A stretch of DNA of 64,000 nt from the NCBI RefSeq assembly GCF_001194135.2, contig NC_068984.1:131725301-131789300 (forward strand). The letters run 5' to 3'. The position numbers were made by a program, and so were the translations under genes. Positions 49,700-62,224 of the stretch are shown in pieces. How positions within the stretch are numbered: position 1 is the stretch's first letter; each line of letters opens with the position of its first letter. The notes below the pieces were generated by a model that worked only from the letters and a program-made list of their open reading frames with translations, made no database searches and was not told the origin of the DNA. The stretch comes from Octopus bimaculoides (lineage: Eukaryota).

Positions 49700-50170
49700 T
49701 CACACATTTAGGGAAATAGAAGAAAGGGATATTGCTGATGAAATCAACCACCATATTTGACTAGCATTTAATTTATTGATGCTGAGAGGATGAACGGCAA
49801 GGTTGATCCAAACAGGATCCAGACTCAGAATCTACGATCAAATTAACCCTTTAGCATTTAAAGAAACCATTTCTGGCTCAGAATATTCCACCTGTTTTAG
49901 GTTCAAAGTTGCCAGATCTGACCTCTCAGACCTACCCTGCAATGTCATTCTAAAAATTATTTATCACATCATCTAATTTATTTATTTATTTATTTATGCG
50001 TTTCAGTCAAGTGGCTGCAGTCATGCTGGAGCACCACCGTGATTGTTGAAGCTATGAGATAATAAATGATTAATTCAAAACAATGTGAATAAATAATAAT
50101 TACATTTGATAGAGTAATCTGAATGCTAGAGGGTTAAATACCGTGAAGCATTTTGTCTTATTCTCTACCC
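49700..50170 (-). mobile_element. SINE family B interrupted by a piggyBac MITE
   Basis: gaggatgaacggcaaggttgatcc...gactcagaatctacgatcaaa|MITE|ataccgtgaagcattttgtc. Confidence 0.6.
49847..50133. mobile_element. piggyBac-type MITE (second family) containing an A' SINE 3' fragment
   Basis: TTAA|ccctttagcattt ... gaatgctagaggg|TTAA; insert at about 49975-50045. Confidence 0.88.
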
Positions 50171-50360
50171 TCAATTAATAACAAAAATCCTTCTTCCATT
50201 GAAATCCTCTGTCCCACCTCTCCTCATTTAAGCAGTACTTAAACATAGATCCAGCATTTAATAATGGAATTTTTCATCAAACACTATAATATATCATTGC
50301 TTTAGATACATCAATGTTTCTTTACTTCTTATATTCCTTATAGATATATGTTTGAAATCA

Positions 50361-50398
<38 letters not shown>

Positions 50399-50463
50399 NN
50401 NNNNNNNNNNNNNNNNNNNNNNNNNNNNNNNNNNNNNNNNNNNNNNNNNNNNNNNNNNNNNNN

Positions 50464-50515
<52 letters not shown>

Positions 50516-50528
50516 TCAGTATGTTTAA

Positions 50529-50748
50529 CCCTTTAGCATTCAGCTTATTCTGCCAAATGTAGTGCTTATTTATTCACATTATTTTGAATTAATCATGCAT
50601 TATCTCATAGTTTTGAGATTTCAGCAGCATTATTGTTTATGCTTAGAATGACAAATGTTGGGTAGATGTGAGAGGCCGGATCTGACCAGTTTGAATATAA
50701 AGTAGGCAGAATATCTGCGCAGATATGGCCAGATTAAATACTAAAGGG
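50529..50748. mobile_element. piggyBac-type MITE, same family, opposite orientation
   Basis: TTAA|ccctttagcattcag ... aaatactaaaggg|TTGA; interior is the reverse complement of 49847-50133. Confidence 0.85.
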
Positions 50749-50789
50749 TTGAATTTATGAAAGCATAAGGAAAAGACATAGCTAAAAGA

Positions 50790-50995
50790 TCCTTGATTGC
50801 TCAACCTGCTAGAAATAGCAACAAGATATTCCTGAAGTGAGAGCCTAATCTTTAAAAAAAAAGGGACACGTTGTATAATGTAGTCATAGATGTACTATGT
50901 CTAGAAAAAAATTAAGACAGGGTGGTCACCATTGGACTACTTTTAATTGTAGGTCTGGCTTGATCACTACTAACCTGTGACTAGCAATAACTATG
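50790..50995 (+). mobile_element. SINE, family D
   Basis: gctcaacctgctagaaatagc...ataatgtagtcatagatgtactatg. Confidence 0.65.
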
Positions 50996-51581
50996 GAAGA
51001 GGACTCAATTTCTTTTGACAGCTGGTTGTTGAAGTGTTTTGGCTGAGGTGTTTTTTTATGTACTTACACATCAAATATTTTATGAGGCACACAGGATTCA
51101 GCAGCAGTTGACCTATGACTACTTATCTGATCTATTCACAGCTGACCTTATTTGAAGGCCATCTCATTCTTTGACCTGTGACAGAGATAGTCATTCCATA
51201 GTTTAACTTAGTACTATTACTAAAAGCTCTCTATACCTTCCCTTGCTCCAGTATAATAGATACTACAGGTCTTAGCTCGCTGATTTCTCTTTTTCACATC
51301 TACCTGTTTTAATATGGATACTTAAAGCCTTCCTGCCATCTGCTGATGGTGAGTATAGTAAATTATAATTTACTTTTGCACAGTATCATTCATATTTTAT
51401 CTTGATAAAGTTTGTCCTTGTTAATTCAATCCTATTCTTTTAAATATTAATTTATGCTCACTGATATTTTTCTTCATGCTTATCAGTCATTTACATAAAA
51501 TTGTTTTCTTCCTTGTTTAATGGAAAGGAATGTAGTCAGTCAGCTAGCCTGGTATATTACTGGTATACATTTTATTAAATA

Positions 51582-52446
51582 CTAGCAGAGGCACCCGGCG
51601 TTGCTCGGGAATGAAATTGTTGTTTATATACTTGAAGAAAAAAAGCAAAATATGCTGCATAGAAATTTGAGGACATTCTGTAGATGGACTCTCAGATGAA
51701 TGATGGCTGGGCGCCTCTCATGAATGGGGAAAATTGAAGATGTGCCGAAAAGCCTCATTGGTACTTGGAAACTTTTACGAAAATTAAAATGGGGATTAAA
51801 TGAAAAAAATGATTTACGTGAATATCCTCAGAAGAGTAATTGAAATAAATGGCGATTGTGGAACCCCCCCACGCACGCGTGCGCGCATACACACGTGTGT
51901 CTTTGTAAATATGTTTGTATACATTTANNNNNNNNNNNNNNNNNNNNNNNNNNNNNNNNNNNNNNNNNNNNNNNNNNNNNNNNNNNNNNNNNNNNNNNNN
52001 NNNNNNNNNNNNNNNNNNNNNNNNNNNNNNNNNNNNNNNNNNNNNNNNNNNNNNNNNNNNNNNNNNNNNNNNNNNNNNNNNNNNNNNNNNNNNNNNNNNN
52101 NNNNNNNNNNNNNNNNNNNNNNNNNNNNNNNNNNNNNNNNNNNNNNNNNNNNNNNNNNNNNNNNNNNNNNNNNNNNNNNNNNNNNNNNNNNNNNNNNNNN
52201 NNNNNNNNNNNNNNNNNNNNNNNNNNNNNNNNNNNNNNNNNNNNNNNNNNNNNNNNNNNNNNNNNNNNNNNNNNNNNNNNNNNNNNNNNNNNNNNNNNNN
52301 NNNNNNNNNNNNNNNNNNNNNNNNNNNNNNNNNNNNNNNNNNNNNNNNNNNNNNNNNNNNNNNNNNNNNNNNNNNNNNNNNNNNNNNNNNNNNNNNNNNN
52401 NNNNNNNNNNNNNNNNNNNNNNNNNNNNNNNNNNNNNNNNNNNNNN

Positions 52447-52478
<32 letters not shown>

Positions 52479-52745
52479 CACACGAACACACAAAATAGAG
52501 AGTGAACCTTTTTGCGGTTGTTACGTCAATACCGGAAGTTGACATTGAGGAACCTTTTTAAAGAAGTGAATCTTAAATATAAAGCAATATTATTTATTTT
52601 TAATTAAAAAAATCAAATGAAGAGCCTAAGATTTATCCGAGGTCAAATTATTCATGCATTACAAGTATGGAAGCATTTGGTGAAGTCGATTTCACGTGAA
52701 AAGCGATTACACACACATCTCTGTTTTATATATAGTATAGATAGA
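51582..52745 (-). mobile_element. Non-autonomous Helitron (contains N gap 51928-52446)
   Basis: Minus strand A|TCtatctatactatatataaaac ... cccgagcaacgccggg hairpin + tgcctctg + CTAG|T; no TSD. Confidence 0.85.
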
Positions 52746-53236
52746 TGAAGGAATGCCAGGCAAAACTAATCCTGTTTAGATAAATAAAATGCATCTAATT
52801 TGTGTAAAATGACTAAGTCAGCTCATTACTCTGTGCTATTTCTGCCATTCCTATTTGCATAAAATCTTTATATACTCAGAAACTACATCAAAGAGAGAGG
52901 AAAGATCTATGCAAGATAAAAAATATAGTAAGATATACATTTCTGAACAATAAAATACTGACACAGAGTATTTAATACTCAACATAGTATCTTATCAAAT
53001 TTGTTATAAATGAGAATGTGTTAAAAGTTTTTAAAAATTATGCTTGAATTACAAGATTGTTACCATAATGCAACTTTTCTAGAATTTAAGTGAAACTTAA
53101 TTTGTAAAGTGGAAATAGATTGTATAATTCATATATATATATATAACCTCTTTGTATGTGAGTGTATATATATGTGTGTGTGTATATGCATATGTATGTG
53201 TGTATGTATGTATTTATGTGTGTGTGTGTATATGTA

Positions 53237-53282
<46 letters not shown>

Positions 53283-53339
53283 GTGTGTGTGTTCATTCAT
53301 TTCTATGTCTGTTTTTCTATCCTGGCTTAGATTAAGCAA

Positions 53340-53640
53340 ATATATTATTGAGGTGTAGTTTTACAGTAGGATGCCTTTTCTGTTGCTAACCCTTACCACA
53401 TTTCAAGGGAGGGAGCTCTTATTTCACATGCCTTTGAAGGTGCAAAACCTGCAGGCACTTTATTGACAGGAGAAATGAGATAATGCCATTACTTGTAGCT
53501 CAGGGATTTCTGAAGAAGCTCTATTGTAAACACACACACACACAATGGGCATTTTTGTTTTCCATCTAAGCAAATCAATTCACAAGGCTCTGGTTAGTCC
53601 AGAGCTATAGTAAAATACACTCACCCAGGGTGTTGGGTAA
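53340..53640 (-). mobile_element. SINE family A, head disrupted by a duplicated segment
   Basis: cacaaggctctggttagtccagagctatagtaaaatacac core; a head-like end tgccatgcctgctcc reappears at about 54520. Confidence 0.6.
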
Positions 53641-53648
53641 TTTGGAAG

Positions 53649-54519
53649 TGGCTTTAGATACATTTCATTTTAGACCACAAATCATTACAAAAAGAAACAC
53701 TTGTGTTTGTCTCAATGCTAAAATTAATGCAAGATGTGTTTTTTCTAGAGACATTGTATGGCAGCAGCTATCTCTATCATAGTTATGTTGATCTCTTAAC
53801 TATATTTGGATCTTGTTCAAAACGGGGGCACCAGTTTTCATTTATGTTTTATGTAGTGTTTTTGGTACGGAAAGACTTTCAAACTTCGTATACTTATCTA
53901 TTTTGTGTTATAGAACAGAAAAAAATTTTTGTATTCGAATTTATTTCATGTAAAAAATTGTCTTATTTCGATAATTTCTACTAATCACTGACGTCTATTC
54001 AGTTGAAAACAGTTAGCGCTGTAACGGTGTATATCGTATTAATCCCCTAACCCTAACCCTAACTCTAGAATCCGAACTCTAAAATTGTTACACACATAGA
54101 TACGCACAGCATAATTTATTATATAAACAATATATGCGTATAAATTACGATTAAACCGGATGAAATATGTCACAGGGAATAACATTTTTATGACCGCCCA
54201 GCAGTAACTCTATTCACTTGAATAGACGTCAGTGATTAGTTGAAATTACAGAAATACGACAACTTTAACATGAAATAACTTGCGATGTACGTTTTTTTGT
54301 TAAGAAGACTAAGAGGAAAAGATGTTTTATATGACACATTCTACCAGTGTCCCAAGTTTCAAAGTGTTTCATTAGTGTTTCGTTAAGAAAATACTGGTGC
54401 CCCTGTTTTGAACAAGATCCCTATATTTTGTAATCTATTTTTGTATTTTTTTCCTGGTAGAATATTATGTTCATCAAACAAATGTAGCTATGCATTGGAA
54501 CAGCAGTTTTATCGCTCAC
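53649..54519 (+). repeat. Duplicate of 55371-55619, carrying the MITE insertion
   Basis: 53649-53807 plus 54429-54519 align collinearly with 55371-55619, roughly 10% diverged by eye. Confidence 0.92.
53808..54420. mobile_element. Merlin/MULE-like MITE with (CCCTAA)3, copy 2
   Basis: TIR ggatcttgttcaaaac(g/a)ggggcaccagt at both ends; 8-bp TSD ctatattt (53800-53807, 54421-54428); telomeric repeats at 54045-54062; opposite orientation to copy 1. Confidence 0.93.
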
Positions 54520-54539
54520 TGCCATGCCTGCTCCTTCAT

Positions 54540-54784
54540 CAGCAGTGTGTTAGCATCCACTTTTCCATGCTTGCATTGGTTGGATAGAGTTTATTGAGTT
54601 AGGGTAGATACCCTGCATGTCAGCAACCTACATCTGTTTCCAGGCAAGATAATATTTCTTTATTGCCATGTATGTTTCAGCTGAATGTTGGAAATGAACG
54701 ACACTGCTTGCATGACAATGACACTCATTCACTCATTTAAAGCTAACACACAATATCAAGTGTGTGTGTGTATGTATATATATA

Positions 54785-54826
<42 letters not shown>

Positions 54827-54975
54827 TATATAATGGGCTTCTTTCAACTTCCATCCACCAAATCCACTCCAAGGCTTTGGTCAGTCTGAAGCTATAAAAG
54901 AAACTTGTCTAAGGTGCCATGCAGTGGGATTGAACCCAAAACCATGTAATGGGGAAGCAAACTTAACCACATGAC
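54540..54975 (-). mobile_element. SINE, family A
   Basis: ttttccatgcttgcattggttgg 3' end; gtgccatgcagtgggattgaaccc head. Confidence 0.8.
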
Positions 54976-55370
54976 CTAGAGTAAACATAGTTTTTTTTTT
55001 ATCTATTTTTTTTTTTAAAGATAAATGTCTTTTTTAGTGTCACTAAATGTTGTCCTTTATGCTTGAATCATTGGCTTGATATTTTCTCAAACAAACAATT
55101 CAAGCATAAAAAGACATAGAATCCAGGTCACAAGTTCACATTTCAGTGGTCAGCTTTCTCATGCAATGTCACATTTTTAAAAACAGATGTCTCAATCAAG
55201 CTGCTTCCTTTGAAGCGATTAGAATGCTATTTTTCTTACTCATACTTGATATATTCTAAGCCTCACCACAACCACCACTTTCCTTTCTTCTGACTTGATT
55301 GAAATTCATTAGTTCTGGAAGTATTATTTTTCATAAATACTGTAGGCTTTTAAAATATGTAATCAACAAA

Positions 55371-55619
55371 TGGCTTTAGATACATTTCATTTTAGGCCAG
55401 GAATTAATACAAAAAGAAACACTTGTGTTTGTCTTAATGCTAGAATTATGCTAAATGTGGTTTTTCTAGAGACATTGTATGGCAGCAGCTGTCTCTATCA
55501 TATTTATGCTCATCTCTTAACTATATTTTGTAATCTATTTTTGTATTTTTTCCCTGGTAGAATATTATGTTCATCAGACAAATGTAACTATACTTTGGAA
55601 CAGCAGTTTTATCTCTCAC
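55371..55619 (+). repeat. Empty-site paralog of the 53649-54519 segment
   Basis: Single ctatattt at 55521-55528 where the other copy has TSD-MITE-TSD. Confidence 0.92.
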
Positions 55620-55846
55620 AAGTTAGAATAATTGACTTCCATATTATGCATGTGAAGGGTGTAGATTGCATTTTCTATTCCAGTTCTTTTTGTTCTAAGT
55701 TCTGATCCTGCCAAAATCAGTTTGCTTTTCATCTTTCCTGGGTTGATAGAATAAAGTACCATTAAACATCTGGAATAGACATATAGGGCTAGATACTTGT
55801 TAAAATTTTTGGTCAAGTTCCTATGTTTGAAATTATATTAATACAT

Positions 55847-56132
55847 GCACAGATGTGGCTGTGTGGTAAGAAGCTTGCTTCCCAACTACATGGTTCTGGG
55901 TTCAGTTCCACTGCATGGCACCTTGGGCAAGTGACTTTTACTATAGCCTTAAGCTGACCAAAGCCTTGTGAGTGTACTTGGTAGACAGAAACTGAAAGAA
56001 GCCCATCATATATGTGTATCTGTATGTGTGTGTGTGTGTGTGTGTGTATATATAAGTCCTGGGGTCGATTTGTTCAACTAAAGGCAGTACTCCAGCATGG
56101 CCACTGTCAAACAACTGAAACGAGCAAAAGAG
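55847..56132 (+). mobile_element. SINE, family A'
   Basis: gcacagatgtggctgtgtggtaagaagcttgcttccc ... ctccagcatggccactgtc. Confidence 0.85.
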
Positions 56133-57409
56133 GATGTGAAGATTATTCACTATTTCTCTTAGTTACAAAACTAACATGTTGGATGTGTTGGAACTTGGTG
56201 TCTTGTGAGAATTCTATAGTAGTGTCGTTCCTAGTGACTTGCATGCAGTTTGTTTATGTTTATGAAGATTGAGATAATGAACAAGCAGTTTAAACTCCCT
56301 ATGAACTACTTGTTGATTCTATCCATATTAATTCAATATGGCCCTTTCCTTAGTTATACCAAAGATCACCAAAAGGTTACAATATCTTGTAAACTGTCTG
56401 ATAGCAACGATATAATGGGACCTTAATCAAATGATACTAATTGAAAAATGGTGTCTAATTATATAATTTTATACCTGCCAACTTTTCTTGGGAAGATTAC
56501 AGTTCTTTTTCTTTTTTTGTTTTAGTTTGTTAAATCAGTAAGACACAAGTGATTTCAAGCTGATGCAAGAACATAACACCAATACCAATAATATTCTTAA
56601 AGTAGAAAATGTTAATGTATTTAATGTTTGGTTAGGTTAGTGATTGAAAGGAAAATATATGTAATAGGGAAATACCAGAGAGAAGCTGTTTTATGGAAGA
56701 ATGATTGGGTAAAGTGTTTAATATATTGTGTCTAGGAGGTGTGATAGAAAGAAGGTAGTTGGATGTAGGTAAATGTGTTCTTTATAGTTATCAAATTTGT
56801 AGTAGCACTTAGAAGAAACTGGAGCAGGATATACAGTTCATTGGGTGTAGCGTGTTGATGAATGAAAGCTTCCTATCAGGTGGCTAGCCTTTTCTTTAGC
56901 AGTTTTGACCTAAACCATACCTAATTTGTGATATAAGTACATTAGTATCCTAACATTCAGTTAGCTGAGTACCACACATCTAATCAAGTAGTACTGATGC
57001 AGACAGATCACCCTGTAATGACAAAATAAAAAGAAAGAAAAACAGCCCTTTTTGATAAGACCCTCTTTTCTTAACATTTAAGAATTAAAATTCACTGAGT
57101 GTTTCCAGTTAAAATTCTTCTACACATTTGATAAATGAAACAGCCTTGACAATAATTAAACTTACCCCTCAAAAATATGAAATCTGCTGTTTTGCTGCTT
57201 AGACACTTATCTCCTTTATGTCATGGTCATTCCTTCCTTACCATCTGAGTTCTCAGATTTCATCAGAGTCTCACGATGTAGAAATACCAGCTATCAATAA
57301 GTGTTAAGTAATTTTGAAGCTTACACAAACTCACATATTGAGCCATAATGTGATTAACTTATATCATGTATTAGTTGGAGTGGTGTTCTTATCTTGGTTG
57401 TTACTTTTT

Positions 57410-57453
57410 CACTACATTTTGGCTATGTACACTCCAGCCTTTTTCAGGTGTTT
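57410..57453 (-). ncRNA. Degenerate hammerhead motif of a second Penelope-like remnant
   Basis: aaaacac CTGAAaA a ggctg-gagtgtaca-tagcc aAAA tG TA gtg; same architecture, core damaged. Confidence 0.55.
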
Positions 57454-57610
57454 TGTGATTGACTTTAATGCCTTGCCTGGGATTGAACTTAGAACTGTAT
57501 GTGATCAAATTGGTAACCATTTAGTATCCTCCATAGTTTCTCACATTCTTTTGTTATTCTTAAAAATGTAATACAGGACTGAAACATGTGAAAGATACCA
57601 GATAACAAAT

Positions 57611-58037
57611 TACTTTATTTTTACTTGTTTCAGTCATGCTGGGGGACCTTGAAGGATTTTAGTTGAAACCCCAGTTCTTCTTATTTTTCTGTAAAACCTG
57701 GTACTTATTCTATCAGTCACTTTTGCTGAGCTACCAAGGGGGACGTAAGCACATCAACATTGATAATTTATTTTCGAACGCAGAGACACCATTAGAGCAG
57801 TAGAAACATCGGCTAAATTATCCTTACAAAGCAGAAAAGTTTGTCAACAACCAGCTATGGGACACGGTGACATACACAAAGACACACACACACATATACA
57901 ACAGATTTCTTTCGGTTTCCATCCACCAAATCCACTCAACAAGATTTAGATTAGCCTTAGGTTATTGTCAGACACCTAGCCAAAGTGCCACACACTGAAC
58001 CCAGAACCATGTGGTTGGGAAGCAAACTTCTTACCAC
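57611..58037 (-). mobile_element. SINE, family A'
   Basis: ttttacttgtttcagtcatgctgg ... ctgaacccagaaccatgtggttgggaagcaaacttcttaccac. Confidence 0.8.
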
Positions 58038-58149
58038 CTGTCTGGAATTTTTTAATTCTTAGCTTAAGCCTTTTCATTGGCTGATGTATCTACTAATCCT
58101 AGAGTTTTTAATGCTATATTCTTTCTTATGCATTTCAAAATAATATTCA

Positions 58150-58450
58150 ATAACTTAACATTTTTATTTTTAAATCCAAGGGGTTAGTCAGTTAAATTGC
58201 CCCCATTATTGGACTGGTACTTTGTTTTATAAACCCTACAGGAATGGGAGCAAAATTGGCTTCTGTGTGATTTGTACACAGAATGTAAAGAGCCGGAAGA
58301 AAGACTATAAGGCATTTTATCCAATGCTCTAACAGTTCAGCCATAATAATAATAATCTCTAATTTAGATACAAGGCCAGCAATTTTGAGTGGAAGAGATT
58401 AGTCAGTTATGTTGAACCCAGTACTTGATTGTTACTTTATTTTATTGACC
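58150..58450 (-). mobile_element. Two family B SINEs (degenerate)
   Basis: ggactggtactttgttttataaaccc; acaaggccagcaattttgagtgg...gttactttattttattgacc. Confidence 0.65.
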
Positions 58451-58467
58451 TTCAAGCAAAAAAAAAG

Positions 58468-58690
58468 TGGAGGTGCATGGCTTGGTGGTTAGGGTGTTGG
58501 ACTCATGATTGTAAGATTGTGGTTTTGATTCCTGGACTGGGTGATGTGTTGTGCTCTTGAGCAAAACATCTCAGTTCATGCTGCTCCAGTCCACTCAACT
58601 GGAACAAAATGAGTAATCCTGTGACAAACCAGCTTCCTGTTCTAGGAGGAATATATATGCCAGAGAAACCAGGAAACTGGCCCTATGCTC
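58468..58690 (+). mobile_element. tRNA-headed SINE, working family E
   Basis: A-box-like tggcttggtgg, B-box-like gttttgattcc, then gtgctcttgagcaaaacat body; no 3' acceptor stem. Confidence 0.75.
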
Positions 58691-59454
58691 TTTATGTAGT
58701 AATGTGAACAAACCAAGGGAAAGAAAGACAAGGTTGATCTCAGCTGGATTTGAACTCAGAACATAAAACACCCATCTTGTATCAATTATACTATCTGATA
58801 ACTTATGCCTTTGTTGATGCAACTATTTTTTCAGCCATGAATTGAATATTTCAGAAAATTATTTTTGTGTACATGACAAAATTATGTTTCAATGAATAAT
58901 GGTGACAAATAGAATGATTTTAAGAGCAGGTCCTTCAGGCTTGATAGACTTGAACCAAAATAACATTTGATTATTGTTACTAGTTAGTCAACACTTCACC
59001 AGAAACATTTTTTGGAGGTTTGTCAATTTGACAAGTATTTCTTTTAATAAAATTTAGATATTTTATTTCATTTTAAAAAAGACAAAAAAGAAATTTATGA
59101 AATGATTTTATTTAAATCAATTGTTATTGCTGGAAAAGTTTTTTCAAAGAATAACAAAACAAAACAAATTATAAATATATGAGCAATGAGAAGATTAGTC
59201 ATACACATGGCAAAAATAAGACATATGCTATAAAAATTCTTCATCTTATTAGTATGCATTACTTTCAGATAATCTTTCTAATGTTGTTTCTAAATTTTAT
59301 TTTGGTTAGGTTTGGTTTGGGTTAGTATGATTTTGTTTATTTTGCTGCTAAAATTGTACTGATGTAGACTTTATGCAGTTTTAAACAATGTTCTTTAACA
59401 TGAGTGTACAGTCATAACTATGCGGTTAAGAAAGTACAGTATTGTAAAAAAAGC

Positions 59455-59772
59455 AAGGCTGTGCAGTTAAGAAGCTCACTTTGCAACCCTGTGGTTTGGT
59501 GTTCAATCCTACTGCACAGCACCTTGGACAAATGCCTTCTATTATATCCCAAGGCCAGCCAGTACCTTGTGAGGGAATATGGTAGATGGAAACCGTGTGA
59601 AAACTTGTATATTTGTATGTCTTTGTGTCTGTTCTCCCACCATTACTTAACAACCAGTACTGGTTTATGTTCCTGTCACTTAGCAGTTCAGCTGAGGTTA
59701 ATCTGTTTGACTAAGTCCTTCATGTGATGCTCCAGCATGGCCACAGTTCAATGACTGACACAAGTAAAACAT
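59455..59772 (+). mobile_element. SINE, family A'
   Basis: ggctgtgcagttaagaagctc ... gatgctccagcatggccacagttcaatgactgacacaagtaaaa. Confidence 0.8.
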
Positions 59773-61202
59773 ATAGATAAAAGATTAGTATTTACAACCA
59801 CATTAAAAAAAAAACAAAAGCTCTTTCTTGCACGATTCAGTCTAAGATTTGTTTGTAAAGAATTTCTATTAATAAGTCTATTAATTGTAGAAGCATGGAC
59901 TCAAGTCCAAAGGCCTAAAGGGCAACATGACAAAAACAAAATACCAGTTAGTAACTGATAGCTTACAATCCTAATACCATTTGAAATGTAACTTTGCTTA
60001 ATATATAGGAAGAGAGATGTTAAGAATTCTGTGCTGTGCATTCAGGAAATAAATGAAATAAGCATGGATGTGTAATATTCACCAGCAGAAGGGATAGGGC
60101 ACAAGTTATCTGAGAGAGTAGCTGAGCATTTAGAGTTTCAGCTAAAGTATCTAGAATAACATGTAGTGGTATATACAGTGAGTGATAAATGAATGTATCA
60201 CATGTTTCTGGTGGAGGTTACTTAAGGAAATGATACACTGAGGGGGATTGTAATAAAATAGTGAAGTCATATCTTAGGATGTGAAGTCTCAAAGAAGAGA
60301 TCATAAAAGATCAATACTGGTGGGGATATACTGTTCAGCAGACTCATCCTACCCACATTCATGTGGGGAAATAAGCATTAAACTAATGGTAAAGATAATG
60401 AAGAAAACAGTTCTTTGCAGTAAACTACACTTATCTGAAGCTTATTCAATAGATTTTGGTTTTCAACAAATCATGAGCTTTAAAAGAGTATTTAAAACTC
60501 CACTTCAGTTTTAACTCTAAGGCAGAACCTGCTCCCCATTGGTCATACTGCATAGGCGTATATATTTGCTTCTGATAATGATATTTTGGCCACTTTGTTG
60601 TTATATTACAGTAAAATAACTATGCTGAAATACTTAGCCTTTGATATAAGCTTATTGGCTGTTCCAGTGCAGTTGACACATTCTGCCTTCGTTTGTATCC
60701 ACTGCTTATATCAACAACTTCTTCTTGATATTCATTAATGAGGGCTTTCACTGTATCCTCCACTGGAGGTCAGGCAATCTGGTATAATGTTTAATACACA
60801 AGAACATAAATGTTATTTCAAGGAAGCAGAACTACATCCCCTCTCTTAATTCCTATGAACAACTCCCAAATTACAAGTTGTCTATCTCATCAACATACAC
60901 TCATTCTCACTGACTCTGTCCATCTTTCCTTGAATTTCCTTATTTTTAATGCTAATAAAATTATACAAAGAAGAGATGGCTTTGTACCTTGGTAATTGTT
61001 GACTCTCATTAACTTATTCAAATAAATATCATTCTGTTGTTAATATCTGGTGAACTAATGTTGTGTTGCACCACATTTAGAATAAATTTATTTACTTGAT
61101 TAAATAAAACCTGCTTCCTGGAAACCTTTAATAGTGCTCCATTCTCATTCTACTTCATAGTCTGTATTTTATAAATTGTTGGCTTTGCTGTGCTCCCATT
61201 TT

Positions 61203-61237
<35 letters not shown>

Positions 61238-61873
61238 GAGAGAGAGAGAGAGAGTCATTGCACTCATAGACTTACAGCCTAAATTTCACTCTAAATATCA
61301 TACACAGTTCTGCAAACCAATCTGTCTGATCTGATTTCACAATACACTAGTCTCCAATTTTCCAAACTATACATAAATAAAACCAATATGATTCCCCCCA
61401 CTCTATCTATTTCTCTGTCTGTCTTGTGTAAGCGAAAGAAGTTATGGTTACAATTCTTCCTCTTTAGACACTTTGATGTAAGGAAAGAAAATTACTTTTT
61501 AGATTCTTTAGCTATGTTGAAACTGCTCTGAAAGCTGGTATTAAATTTGATTAAGATAATTTTGAAAATATTTTCTGCAAAGTTATATATTAGAAAATAG
61601 GCATGCTATAGGTACAGATATGGCTTGCATATCTCAAACAATTCATTGAGGTAGATTTTCTATGGCCAGATGTTCTTCGTGTTGCTAACACACACCTATT
61701 ACCAAGCAAAGTAATATTTCTCCTTGGCCAGATATGTTTTTCATGGAAGACAACAAAATCACTTCTATTGCAGTAATGCTTGTTCTGCAGTCATCATGTG
61801 ATATCAGTACAAGGTATGTATATATATATATATATGATAGGGATAAAAATCCAAATTTGCAGGGAAAAATTCA

Positions 61874-61987
61874 ATTTAATTTAATTTATCAAAATTTAAT
61901 TTAATTTATCAAAATTTAATTTAATTTATCAAAATTTAATTTAATTTATCAAAATTAAAATTAATTTATTAAAATTAAATTAAATTT
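61874..61987. repeat. 20-bp tandem repeat atttaatttaatttatcaaa (4 perfect + about 2 degenerate)
   Basis: Period 20 visible directly. Confidence 0.9.
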
Positions 61988-62191
61988 CACAATATGTAAT
62001 ATATAAATATATAATTTAGAGTAAAAAACCACAGTTATTGAATTCATCCATGAAATTCCACAATCACATATAGAAAAATTTATTAAGTAAATACACTAAA
62101 AAGACCTATAATAAAAATAAAAAAAGTACAAAGTAATAAATATTAAAATAATATATACATAGATATATCTGAGTATATATATGTATATATG

Positions 62192-62224
<33 letters not shown>

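Noticed and set aside
51755-52542. Five long ORFs (196-244 aa) in the track
   Set aside because: They are runs of X across the 519-nt N gap inside the Helitron.
53649-53807. Possible duplicated coding exon (PQIITKRNTCVCLNAKINARCVFSRDI frame has several synonymous differences from the 55.4-kb copy)
   Set aside because: Only about half of roughly 14 substitutions are third-position, there is a 1-nt indel and stops, no recognisable homology, and one copy is an insert in a SINE.
58468-58545. tRNA gene
   Set aside because: A/B boxes are degenerate, there is no acceptor stem, and it runs into a SINE body.
59880-61200. Possible very old LINE remnant
   Set aside because: No diagnostic EN or RT motif could be read with confidence.
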